NCBI GenBank assembly: GCA_964371905.1
Contig: CAYJOV010000003.1
Coordinates: forward strand, 2,140-54,883
From: an uncultured Akkermansia sp.
Lineage (GTDB): Bacteria > Verrucomicrobiota > Verrucomicrobiia > Verrucomicrobiales > Akkermansiaceae
Direction: 5' to 3'
Length of the DNA: 52,744 nt
The first letter of the stretch is position 1, and each line of letters starts with the position of its first letter. The position numbers and the translations under genes are program-made. The notes under the pieces were generated by a model that had not been told where the DNA came from, searched no databases, and was given only the letters and a program-made list of their open reading frames with translations. This document shows positions 19,421 to 28,622 of this stretch, piece by piece.

Positions 19421-20224
19421 TTATCTGTAGGAGGCGCAGCGATTCGTCCAGCCAGCCAGCCAGCGTTGCTCTCCGCGGGAGGCGGGCGCATTCTCGACAC
19501 GACGGCGCAGCACGGCGGCTGCCGCGCGGGAAAACTCCGCCGTAGCAGCGGCTCCTTGCGGACGACCGCGCATCTCCTCAAGCACTTGGAGCAGTCCCCA
19601 GCCCTGTCCTTGATAACGCTCGCTAGGCGAGAGCCCTTCGCCCTTGAAGTTCACATAGTCGATGAGGCAGTAATTCCCACGAGCACTGCGCGCGAGGGCG
19701 TAGTAACGTGCGGCGACATTCTCAGGCTGGCGACTCGCGGCGAGCATGGCGGGCAGAGCCTCACGTGAACGCTTGACGAGGAAGTCGGCCTGTAGCGAAA
19801 TATTGCTGCGCAACCACTGGCGCATCTTGTTGGCAAGCGCACTCTTATCGGCGAGGAAGGCCGCGCGATTCGGCCAAGGAGCATAGCCCTTAAGGTAATC
19901 TGGGACGCGCACGCCGCGCGCCTCGGCAAAGCGGACAAAGTCGGGGAAACTCTCTTTGAAGTGAGGAGTCACCCCTGCTGGAAACCAGATAAAATGTGCA
20001 ATCCCAAGCGAAGGGAAGTCCTCGCCCACATTCCAAGAGACGAGACCTTGTACACTACCTGCGCACTCATTTTTCCACACCATTTGACCGATGGCTGCGG
20101 TTGATTGTTGAGGTAGCGCGGGAATGGGGGGGAGACTACGGGATGAGGTGCGAGGGGACTGCTGTGAGGAGCAGCTACTAGCCAAGGTGGCTATTGCGAG
20201 GCAAATCATAAGGGGGCGATACAT
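19421..20224 (-). CDS. Conserved hypothetical lipoprotein
   Basis: Lipobox LASSC; conserved-looking blocks WKNEC, WNVGEDFPSLGIAHFIW, FKESFP, IDYVNFKGEG, GWGLLQVL. Confidence 0.8.
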   Translation of the reverse strand: MYRPLMICLAIATLASSCSSQQSPRTSSRSLPPIPALPQQSTAAIGQMVWKNECAGSVQGLVSWNVGEDFPSLGIAHFIWFPAGVTPHFKESFPDFVRFAEARGVRVPDYLKGYAPWPNRAAFLADKSALANKMRQWLRSNISLQADFLVKRSREALPAMLAASRQPENVAARYYALARSARGNYCLIDYVNFKGEGLSPSERYQGQGWGLLQVLEEMRGRPQGAAATAEFSRAAAAVLRRRVENAPASRGEQRWLAGWTNRCASYR

Positions 20225-20617
20225 AAGGAAAAGGCTGCTTGTGGTTGATGTGCTATGCCTAGACTATCATAAATGGATGCATGAGTAAAGAAATGAGTTG
20301 GTATGACGTAGAAATCAAAATTCGTTATTTCCACAGCATTTACAATAAGACTGTTAACTATTAAAATCTACGTTCGATTATTTATGGTTATGTTATACTA
20401 TCTATAATGCAATAGTATATAAAATAGCTCTGGAGGATAGCCTCTCTGTGGCTATGTCATAGCTCTCATCATCTTTATTTTATCTTGAAAAAGGGCTGGT
20501 TTTTTTAAGAAGCTTTTGAGGGCGAAAGATTTTCATTGACTTGAGATGACAAAAATGCTACTCTGAACATTCATCTTAACGAATACACTTTCATTTAAAT
20601 ACCAAATTACTACGATC

Positions 20618-20824
20618 GTGGACAACAATAACATCCTAGCTTCAAAAAAAATCATCACCGAGCGCAAAACATTCTATATCGATCTCAAATCAAATGCACG
20701 TGGTGAAGTTATCCGTATTACCGAAAAGGTAAAGTCGAATCGCGACCTCATTATGGTGCCTGCCGAGGTGCTTGATGAATTTATTGACGCGCTAAATGAG
20801 ATCAAAAAAGAACTGCCAGAATAG
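20618..20824 (+). CDS. PUR-domain ssDNA/RNA-binding protein
   Basis: SKKIITERKTFYIDLKSNARGEVIRITE...IMVP matches a single PUR repeat; upstream TTGACT-17-TACTCT. Confidence 0.8.
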   Translation: MDNNNILASKKIITERKTFYIDLKSNARGEVIRITEKVKSNRDLIMVPAEVLDEFIDALNEIKKELPE

Positions 20825-21032
20825 AAGGAGAACGGTGATTTTAACAAGGTAGCAGAGCTTCTTCTCGTGTCTTAATTATTATTAAAGTATACTTTTTTTA
20901 TTATGATTCTAAAGACTTTTCATTAAGTATAAGTTAGTAAGATTGTTAGAATATTATAGAATATTGTTCTGGACACTTGTAGAGTTTTGTAGTACTAAAA
21001 GTGTGGTGGGTAACAACTACACGTGAAATACA

Positions 21033-22331
21033 ATGAGTCGAATAAAAGTATTGAAATTAGGATGGGAATTCCCACCATTAATTAATGGTGGTCTGGGAGT
21101 TGCTTGTATGGGAATCTCTAAAGCTTTAGCAAAGCTTGTCGATCTTCAGGTAATTGTGCCTAAGGCTGCGCAAAATGCTAGCTATGATGGATTCTCCTTG
21201 ATGGGGGTCAATCAGATGGATCTCGTCGATCTCAAGACAGAGGTCAAGGAGCATCGCTATCAGTATGAGAGCTTTGCCATGGTGCAGCATGCTGATATTG
21301 ATCTTGACCCCTACACAACGATCGAAGGGAGTAAAGGTCTTGTCAAGTTTACCGAAGATGGCAAAATCCTCTTTTCTGAAGTCCACGAATCCGATCTCAA
21401 TCTTTTCCGCAGCGATGAGGATCTCTACGCAGGTGATCTCGCCCGCAAGGTGGTCGAGTACTCCAAAATCTGTGGTAATCTCGCCAAGAATATGGACTTC
21501 GACATCATCCATGCCCATGACTGGATGACCTATCTCGCAGGTGTCGAGGTGAAGCGCGCCACAGGCAAGCCCCTCGTCGTGCATCTGCATGCCTCCCAAT
21601 TCGACCGCGCAGGAGCAGAAGCCCGCGGCTGGATCTATGATCTTGAGAAATACGGTATGGAAAACGCCGACGCTGTCATCCCTGTCTCCAAGTATACTGG
21701 TATCGTTGCCGCGCATCACTACGGTATTGATATAAGCAAGATATACCCTGTTCACAATGGGGCAGACCCTGTTGAGGTCTTCCGCGGCAAGAAGAAATTC
21801 CCCGAGAAGCTCGTTCTCTTCCTCGGTCGCCTTACGGCGCAGAAGGGCCCTGAGTTCTTCCTCGACATCGCGGCCAAGGTCATTGAGCACTCCAGCAACA
21901 TTCGCTTCGTCATGGCTGGTACAGGGGAAAAGCTGCGCACCCTCATTGAGACGGGAGCCTATCGCCAAGTGGGCGACCGCTTCCACTTTACAGGCTTCTT
22001 GACCAAGAAAAAGGTCAACGAGCTGCTCTCTATCACCGATGTCTACTGCATGCCCTCCGTCTCAGAGCCCTTCGGACTCTCTGCTCTTGAGGCTGCCCAA
22101 TTCAACATCCCCGCCGTCATCTCCAAGCAAAGTGGTGTTGCCGAGGTGATGCAAGGGGCTCTCAAAGCCGACTTCTGGGATGTCGAGAAGATGGCTGAGC
22201 ACATCATCAATCTCTGTGAGGATGAGGAGCTCTACCAACAGACTGTTGAGCAAGGCGCGCAAGATATACGCAACTCCACATGGGATGCTGCAGCGGAGAA
22301 AGTCCTGCGCATCTACGAACGACTTATCTAG
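21033..22331 (+). CDS. GT4 glycosyltransferase (glycogen/alpha-glucan synthase-like)
   Basis: LGWEFPP, GGLGVAC, IHAHDWMT, GRLTAQKG, MPSVSEPFGLSALEA. Confidence 0.9.
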   Translation: MSRIKVLKLGWEFPPLINGGLGVACMGISKALAKLVDLQVIVPKAAQNASYDGFSLMGVNQMDLVDLKTEVKEHRYQYESFAMVQHADIDLDPYTTIEGSKGLVKFTEDGKILFSEVHESDLNLFRSDEDLYAGDLARKVVEYSKICGNLAKNMDFDIIHAHDWMTYLAGVEVKRATGKPLVVHLHASQFDRAGAEARGWIYDLEKYGMENADAVIPVSKYTGIVAAHHYGIDISKIYPVHNGADPVEVFRGKKKFPEKLVLFLGRLTAQKGPEFFLDIAAKVIEHSSNIRFVMAGTGEKLRTLIETGAYRQVGDRFHFTGFLTKKKVNELLSITDVYCMPSVSEPFGLSALEAAQFNIPAVISKQSGVAEVMQGALKADFWDVEKMAEHIINLCEDEELYQQTVEQGAQDIRNSTWDAAAEKVLRIYERLI

Positions 22332-22368
22332 AAAACACTTTAAACGCTATACCTCATTCTTACGCACT

Positions 22369-23529
22369 ATGAGCCTTGTTACACTCACCTTTCACGCCCA
22401 TCAGCCCAATCGCCTCATCCCCTATGATTTTTTCAAGATAGGGGAGCACGCCTTCTACGAAGATGATGAGCTCAACAGCCGCATCCTCAATCAGGTGACG
22501 GAGCGCTGCTACCTCCCCGCCAACCGCATGATCATGCAGCTCATCAGCATGACAGACGGGCAATTCCGCTGCGCCTACGCTCTCTCGGGCGTTATCCTAG
22601 AGCAGGCGCGCTACCATCGCCCTGACCTCATCACCTCGTTCCAAGAGCTGGCTGAGACGGGCTGTGTCGAATTCCTTGCTACTCCTTACTACAGCTCGCT
22701 TGCTTCACTGTATAATACAGAAGAATTCGCCCAGCAGGTCGAGAAGCACGCGGAGCTCATCGAGGAGCTCTTTGACCAAAAGCCTACCGTGCTGTGGAAT
22801 ACAGGCATGCTTTACTCCAACGCCATCGCCGCTCAAGTCTATGACATGGGCTACAAAGGCATCATGGCGAGTGGCAATAGCACCAATCAGGCAGAGCATT
22901 GTAATGAAATCTACTGCGCGCCTCTCATCCGCGACACCAAGACTCTCATCCGCAATCGTCAGCTCTCCAATGACCTCACGAGGAATCGCATCGACCCGAG
23001 CTGGGAGCACTACCCGCTCAGTCCGCAGACCTTCTCCTCATGGATCACGCAGCAGCCTGGACAGATCGTGAATCTCTCTCTCGACTACGAGCATATCGGT
23101 GAGCGTCAGACGGATAGTACTGGAGTCTTTGAATTCTGGCGCAGCCTTATCCTACAGCTCATTCAGGATGAGAATGAATTCCTCACACCTCGTGAAGCCA
23201 TCGAAAAGCTCCCCTCACAGGGGACACTTGATTGCCCGCAAAATGTGAGCTGCACAGCCTATGGTACCACCTCTCAGTGGAATGGTAATGTCATGCAGCA
23301 AGAGGCTCTCAAGAAGATCAACGCGCTGAGCAGGTGCGTCAAGGCGACCAAGGATTCTGATATGATACACGTCTGGCGCAAGCTCCAGAGTGCAGATCAC
23401 TTCCACTACATGGAAAAAGAGAATCGCTTCACGCCCTACCCATCGCCTTACGATGCGTACATTTATTACATGAATGCGCTGTCAGACTTGCAAGTACGTG
23501 TGAACTACAAGCCTACGAGCTCCAAGTAG
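22369..23529 (+). CDS. GH57 alpha-amylase-like protein
   Basis: HQP, CYLPAN, SGVILEQ, DYE, LQSADHFHYM, SPYDAYIYYMN; the nucleophile position reads NTG. Confidence 0.88.
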   Translation: MSLVTLTFHAHQPNRLIPYDFFKIGEHAFYEDDELNSRILNQVTERCYLPANRMIMQLISMTDGQFRCAYALSGVILEQARYHRPDLITSFQELAETGCVEFLATPYYSSLASLYNTEEFAQQVEKHAELIEELFDQKPTVLWNTGMLYSNAIAAQVYDMGYKGIMASGNSTNQAEHCNEIYCAPLIRDTKTLIRNRQLSNDLTRNRIDPSWEHYPLSPQTFSSWITQQPGQIVNLSLDYEHIGERQTDSTGVFEFWRSLILQLIQDENEFLTPREAIEKLPSQGTLDCPQNVSCTAYGTTSQWNGNVMQQEALKKINALSRCVKATKDSDMIHVWRKLQSADHFHYMEKENRFTPYPSPYDAYIYYMNALSDLQVRVNYKPTSSK

Positions 23530-23550
23530 AGCGCATAGTCTGCTATTTTT

Positions 23551-23588
23551 ACGCCTAGGTCGACTCACTCCCGAGTCGACCTAGGCGT
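23551..23588. terminator. Hairpin terminator after the GH57 gene
   Basis: ACGCCTAGGTCGACTC...GAGTCGACCTAGGCGT perfect 16-bp stem. Confidence 0.75.
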
Positions 23589-23783
23589 TAGTGTGTATAG
23601 AGGTAGATCGGTCTGCTTAATAGAGAAAGCGCATCAAGTCGCAAGCTGATATAAACTTGCATCCCGCGTCCTTGCGGTGTGTGTTTATACAGATTGCGTC
23701 TAGATAGAGCCCATCAAGTACGCAAGTCGTCACTGCTTCATAAGCCTCAGGCTAAGTAATAACGCCGAGTCAAGCAAATAGGC

Positions 23784-24632
23784 TTAGTCTTGTGCAGGCA
23801 CATGTCCTAGAGCTAGGAAAAATATGCTACCTAGAGCCCCACTTAGAGCCCCACCTAGAGCTCTACCTAGGGAAGCAGCTGTTCCTTCTCCGAATATCCA
23901 CACTAATGTGCCTTCGAAAATCCACATCATAGCCCACACAATAGCGCCCATAATAGCACCTACAATAGGACCTCTAGTAGCACATCTAAGAGTATTCATC
24001 CCCTCATTGCCAATTGATGCAATAGTAAAACCTATAGTACAGCCTATTGCCCAGACTGCGCTTATCAGTAATAGAGTCTCGAGATTCGGTTCTTTTATAA
24101 ATCCTATGAATGCCCATGTGATAGTTCCGATGATAAGCCATATAAAGTCCCCAAAAGTGAAGTCTCCGTTACCCTGCGCACTAGACCATACAATAGAATT
24201 CACGAGAGTCATCAAAATTGCCCATAGAGCAGCTGTCGTAATGACTTGATCGCTGATAGGAGCGCCGTGTGTTTCTACTAAAAATCCTATAAGACCTCCC
24301 AAGAACGATACTAAAAATCCACCTTTAATCCCCCAAATGACAGCTCCTACGACTATGCCTGCAAAGATCCCCGCTATTATTGCCTTCGAAGTCGATGCTG
24401 TATGAAGGAGAATATCTATTATTTCTTTAAAATATACAGGCTTATCACTCGTTTCCTGTTGAGGACTAGAGTTTTTAGTAGTCTTATTTTCTTGATGCTC
24501 AGGTGTGGGTGAGATTTGTGACGTAGTAGTAGGTAAAGAATGAGGCTCAGCCTTATAGCTGGACCAAGTTAAATACACGCTAATTACAGCGCATATCGCC
24601 ATGATCCAATTGGGTAGTGTTTGAGAATTCAT
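23784..24632 (-). CDS. Hypothetical membrane protein with Gly-zipper (GxxxG) repeats
   Basis: N-terminal TM segment, S/T/Q-rich linker, then repeated GAIxGAIxW-type hydrophobic helices; AT-rich codon usage. Confidence 0.75.
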   Translation of the reverse strand: MNSQTLPNWIMAICAVISVYLTWSSYKAEPHSLPTTTSQISPTPEHQENKTTKNSSPQQETSDKPVYFKEIIDILLHTASTSKAIIAGIFAGIVVGAVIWGIKGGFLVSFLGGLIGFLVETHGAPISDQVITTAALWAILMTLVNSIVWSSAQGNGDFTFGDFIWLIIGTITWAFIGFIKEPNLETLLLISAVWAIGCTIGFTIASIGNEGMNTLRCATRGPIVGAIMGAIVWAMMWIFEGTLVWIFGEGTAASLGRALGGALSGALGSIFFLALGHVPAQD

Positions 24633-24725
24633 AAAAAGTGACTGCGTTTTAAATCAAACTGAATAATGTATGAATTATACGTAGCACTTTGATGTTGTAA
24701 AGAAGAATGTCTATCCGAGAGTATT

Positions 24726-24803
24726 ATTTTCGTATAGAGTAGTATCTCAGATAAAATAGTTCAAAATCATTTCAAATTGTGCCTTGAGGCTATTTCAAGC
24801 TCT
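24726..24803 (+). repeat. Degenerate partial copy of the palindromic repeat
   Basis: ATTTTCGTATAGAG...CAAAATCATTTCAAATTGTGCCTTGAG resembles the right half of the 28412 and 46725 elements. Confidence 0.4.
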
Positions 24804-24818
24804 GAAGCCGTACCTGAA

Positions 24819-24847
24819 AAGCCCTGCATGATCATCATGCAGGGCTT
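24819..24847 (-). terminator. Terminator of the PEP-CTERM gene
   Basis: AAGCCCTGCATGA-tca-TCATGCAGGGCTT. Confidence 0.75.
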
Positions 24848-24873
24848 CTGAGTGTAAAATGTCTTCGCTGTGC

Positions 24874-25956
24874 TTATTGGCGGCGACGGCGGCGCGCTAA
24901 GAGGAGGGGGAGTGCGAGCAGTGAGAGGGCGGCTGTGCTGGGCTCGGGGATAATATCTTGAGTAAATTCGATACCAGCGATATCATAGCCGATACCTTCG
25001 AGAAGGTAGAGCTCTTGCTCGTTGAAGCTGCGCGAGATTGTGAGATTAGAAATGACGTGATCCAAGACGCCACCTGTTACGGGATGTGAGAGACTAGAGC
25101 CTGTTTTCCAAGGATCTGGATTGTAGATGGGGACTGACACTGTATCTGCGGTGATGGTGAGACTGCTACCCGGCTGGGCGAGCGAGAGGCTATCTAAACC
25201 GATGAGAGAATCCCATGCTGTAATGAGGTACAAAGGATTGCCCTGTTGATCAAGAACCTCGTGATTTTCCACTGTCGTTACTTGAGTGAGACTGGTTGTT
25301 TTCGTATCTGCGGAATACTTCAAGTTGCTAATAACGCCCATTCCATGAGCAATTTCATGAAGGAGTACGGATTCGAAATCATATTGCAGAAAGGTAGGAT
25401 CGGTGTCATCTGTCAATGATTTTCCAGAAATATCGCCGTAGTAGAAATTCTGTGTATTGTTGAAGTCGATTGTAAAATCAGCGGCACTGCCAGCTAGATC
25501 ACCATACCCTAGTAGCTTTGCTTGTGCCCCTGTGATTACGTTGAACTGTGTACCAGTATGGGTTTCATAGTAGTCATAGTTGGCAAGTCTGAAGGTATTA
25601 TTTACTTTGTCTTCATATCCTTGCAGCTCGAAGGGGATGTTATGTATACTGGTAGGACTGGCGCTGCCTAATACATCTTTCCCAAGATCACTAAAGCTCA
25701 GATCGACTTGGATTTTCTCCTTACCAACAAGGCTGTGATTATCCTTGAGGAGGTCTGCCCAGTAGTTGATGACATTGCCTGCGGATTCTTTAAATTGAGT
25801 TTCAGTTACATGGGATCCATAAGAGACATCCTTGAAGTTTAAATGGAAAAAATCATTACTGATGCCGTTAGTTTCCTCGATCCAAGCATGGGCGGAGCAA
25901 GACAGGATGAGAGCAAGACTGAGTCCTTTGATGAGAGATGTAAGTGAGGGAGTCAT
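24874..25956 (-). CDS. PEP-CTERM surface protein with HEXXH zinc-metallopeptidase motif
   Basis: Signal peptide ending AHA, ESVLLHEIAHGMG, downstream SSLSH, C-terminal IPEPSTAALSLLALPLLLARRRRRQ. Confidence 0.88.
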   Translation of the reverse strand: MTPSLTSLIKGLSLALILSCSAHAWIEETNGISNDFFHLNFKDVSYGSHVTETQFKESAGNVINYWADLLKDNHSLVGKEKIQVDLSFSDLGKDVLGSASPTSIHNIPFELQGYEDKVNNTFRLANYDYYETHTGTQFNVITGAQAKLLGYGDLAGSAADFTIDFNNTQNFYYGDISGKSLTDDTDPTFLQYDFESVLLHEIAHGMGVISNLKYSADTKTTSLTQVTTVENHEVLDQQGNPLYLITAWDSLIGLDSLSLAQPGSSLTITADTVSVPIYNPDPWKTGSSLSHPVTGGVLDHVISNLTISRSFNEQELYLLEGIGYDIAGIEFTQDIIPEPSTAALSLLALPLLLARRRRRQ

Positions 25957-26083
25957 ATTGAGCGTATTTTAACAGATTTATATCCTGCGTCAAATAATAA
26001 CAAATATTTTAATTACTATTGCTACTGAGCAGCATGGTATAACAAGTGAAATGAAAAAATCGAAACCATGATGTAATTTATCC

Positions 26084-26111
26084 TTGACATATGAAGTGAA
26101 ACTTTTATAAT
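26084..26111 (+). promoter_or_regulatory. Consensus sigma70 promoter of rpoD
   Basis: TTGACA-16 nt-TATAAT. Confidence 0.75.
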
Positions 26112-26183
26112 CGCTCTGCCTTTTGGTCAAAAACTTGACAAAAAGTGTAAAGGGTGGACTATACCTATCTATTTTCTAACATT

Positions 26184-28409
26184 ATGGCAACGCCGAAAAA
26201 AAATCAACCTAAGAGTAAACCTGAAGAGACGAAATCTGCTACAGGATCAACGACGCAGCAGCCCTCCAAGGCGAGTCCTGCATCTCCGTCAAAGGTAAGC
26301 AAGGCGAGTGCCAGCACGAAAAAAACAAGCAAGCCCACAACCAGCAGCAAGGCGAAACCAACGAGTAGCGCAACTAAGAAAGCCTCAGAAAGCCCCAAAT
26401 CAGTGACACCTAGCACGGTCTTTGTCGATGAGCAAGTAGTCGAGTCTATCGTCGCCAAAGAGCAGAAAAAGGCGCGTAGTCGCAAGGGCTTTAGCATGCC
26501 GCGCGTGACGTCCAAGGATCTGCAAGACTTTTTCCCCGATGATACCGTCCTCAAGACCTCATTCAAGAATCTGCTCACCCTCGCCAAGACCAATGATGGC
26601 TACGTGACCGATGAGGATATCTTTAGCTCGCTTCCCGCCGAGGGCTACGAGAGTCAGGATCAAGAAAAACTCTTTGAGCGCCTGCTTTCTGTAGGAGTCG
26701 AGGTGCGTGACGTGAGCTCAACGATCACCCCGCTCGCCGCTACAGAATTGCGCTCCGAAGGGCAAGCTGAGAAGGGGGGCAGTGTTGTTGACAGCCCTAG
26801 CGTACAAGAAAAATTCCGCGAGCTCATCATTCTTGCCAATGAGCAGGGCTACCTCACCTACGATGATATCAACGAGGTGCTGCCCAATGACATGATCGAG
26901 CCCTCGGATTATGAGGAGATCATGGAGCGTCTGCGCGGGATGCAGTTCGACATCATTGATGCTTCGGATGTCGATAGCTACAGCGATAGACAGCGTCTCA
27001 CGACGACGGAGGAAGAGGATGAGACCGAGAAGATGGAGGCCAAGCTCGACATCCTCGATGACCCCGTGCGCATGTATCTCAAGCAGATGGGGCAGAAGGA
27101 TCTGCTCAGTCGCCAGCAGGAGGTGAGTATCTCGCTGCGCATTGAGAAGGCAGAGGCTTTGCTTCAGGACTCACTGCACAAGTTTGGCGTCGTTGCGATG
27201 TTCTACATAGACACCGCGGACAAGGTGATCAAGAATGATGAGCGATTCGATCGTATCGTTGTGGACAAGAATATCGAGCGTCGTCAGCAGTATATTTCTG
27301 ATATCAAGCAGCTCATCGGCAAGGTCATCGATAGTCACTCCGATGCGCAAAATGCCTTTTCTAGCTTCCGTCAAGCGCAGCGTCGTAAGCGTGCGTTTAC
27401 CGTGTATCAAAATCACTTCCGTGAGGTTCTGGGTGTTCTTTGTGAGCATTACAAGGATTTTTCGTTCAAGGGTAAGGTATATGAGGACTTTGTCAATAGG
27501 CTCAAGGAGACGCGCCAGCGTGTGCTCAAGCTTCAGCGTCAGATTGCCTCGGCTACCGATGCCTCCAAAAAGACCCATGAAGAGGCACTCAATGAGATAG
27601 AGATGCGTCTGTGGATGCCCATTGCTGACTTCCTCGATGAGTACAAAATTATGAAGTCCAGCATGCGTGAGGCTCAAAAGGCGAAGCGCGAAATGATTGA
27701 GGCCAATCTACGCCTCGTCATCTCGATTGCGAAAAAGTACACGAATCGCGGTCTTGCCTTCCTTGACCTCATTCAAGAGGGGAATATGGGCTTGATGAAA
27801 GCAGTGGAGAAGTTCGAATACCGCCGCGGTTACAAGTTCTCGACCTATGCTACTTGGTGGATTCGTCAGGCTATCACTCGCTCCATTGCCGATCAGGCTC
27901 GCACGATTCGTATCCCCGTGCACATGATCGAGACGATCAACAAGCTCATGCGCGTACAAAAGAAGCTCGTGCAGGACTTCGGCCGTGAGCCTACTCCTGA
28001 GGAGATTTCTGTCGAGTGCGGTATGCCTGTCGAGCGTGTGAGCAATGTGCTCAAGATGGCGCAGCAGCCCATCTCCATGCAGCAGCCTGTGGGCGATTCT
28101 GATGATACCTCCTTCGGCGATTTCCTCGAGGACAAGAGCGCCGAGAACCCCATGGAGGGTGCCTCCTTTGCCTCGCTGCGTGAGAAGCTCAGCGGTGTGC
28201 TGGGTACGCTCAATGAGCGTGAGCGCGCAGTTATTGAGCAGCGCTTCGGACTCAAGGATGGTAATCCCCGCACGCTGGAAGAGGTCGGTCGTCAGTTCAA
28301 CGTCACGCGCGAGCGCATACGCCAGATCGAGGCGAAGGCGCTGCGCAAGCTGCGTCACCCGACGCGTATCAGCCGCATCAAGGGCTTCCTCGACACCACA
28401 GAGGTTTAA
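26184..28409 (+). CDS. rpoD: RNA polymerase primary sigma factor RpoD
   Basis: [88 protein letters not shown]. Confidence 0.98.
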   Translation: MATPKKNQPKSKPEETKSATGSTTQQPSKASPASPSKVSKASASTKKTSKPTTSSKAKPTSSATKKASESPKSVTPSTVFVDEQVVESIVAKEQKKARSRKGFSMPRVTSKDLQDFFPDDTVLKTSFKNLLTLAKTNDGYVTDEDIFSSLPAEGYESQDQEKLFERLLSVGVEVRDVSSTITPLAATELRSEGQAEKGGSVVDSPSVQEKFRELIILANEQGYLTYDDINEVLPNDMIEPSDYEEIMERLRGMQFDIIDASDVDSYSDRQRLTTTEEEDETEKMEAKLDILDDPVRMYLKQMGQKDLLSRQQEVSISLRIEKAEALLQDSLHKFGVVAMFYIDTADKVIKNDERFDRIVVDKNIERRQQYISDIKQLIGKVIDSHSDAQNAFSSFRQAQRRKRAFTVYQNHFREVLGVLCEHYKDFSFKGKVYEDFVNRLKETRQRVLKLQRQIASATDASKKTHEEALNEIEMRLWMPIADFLDEYKIMKSSMREAQKAKREMIEANLRLVISIAKKYTNRGLAFLDLIQEGNMGLMKAVEKFEYRRGYKFSTYATWWIRQAITRSIADQARTIRIPVHMIETINKLMRVQKKLVQDFGREPTPEEISVECGMPVERVSNVLKMAQQPISMQQPVGDSDDTSFGDFLEDKSAENPMEGASFASLREKLSGVLGTLNERERAVIEQRFGLKDGNPRTLEEVGRQFNVTRERIRQIEAKALRKLRHPTRISRIKGFLDTTEV

Positions 28410-28411
28410 AA

Positions 28412-28604
28412 GGGAGCTTCTAAATTCTCGTCATTCTAAATAAGAAAAATTCAGAAAATCGCTTCACGAGGCAGCTTTTGAGTGCTTTTAGGCTAGATTT
28501 TCCCCGAATTTTCGTCTCAGAGGACACTCTGAGTCATCAATTCGTGAAAAATCCAACTCTAAAATCATCTCAAAATCTTACCTCGCGAGAAATTAGAAGC
28601 CCCC
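28412..28604 (+). repeat. Palindromic MITE/REPIN-like element, copy 1
   Basis: 19-bp terminal inverted repeats (GGGAGCTTCTAAATTCTCG / CGAGAAATTAGAAGCCCCC), long internal inverted arms, similar to 46725..46909. Confidence 0.8.
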
Positions 28605-28622
28605 AAAAAAACATCATGTCCG

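Noticed and set aside
19393..19581. N-terminal extension of DusB in the ORF track
   Set aside because: It overlaps the upstream lipoprotein gene in another frame; Dus homology begins after the ATG at 19392.
20230..20610. AT-rich region as a possible replication origin or ncRNA
   Set aside because: No cluster of DnaA boxes was recognised; it is adequately explained as a divergent promoter region.
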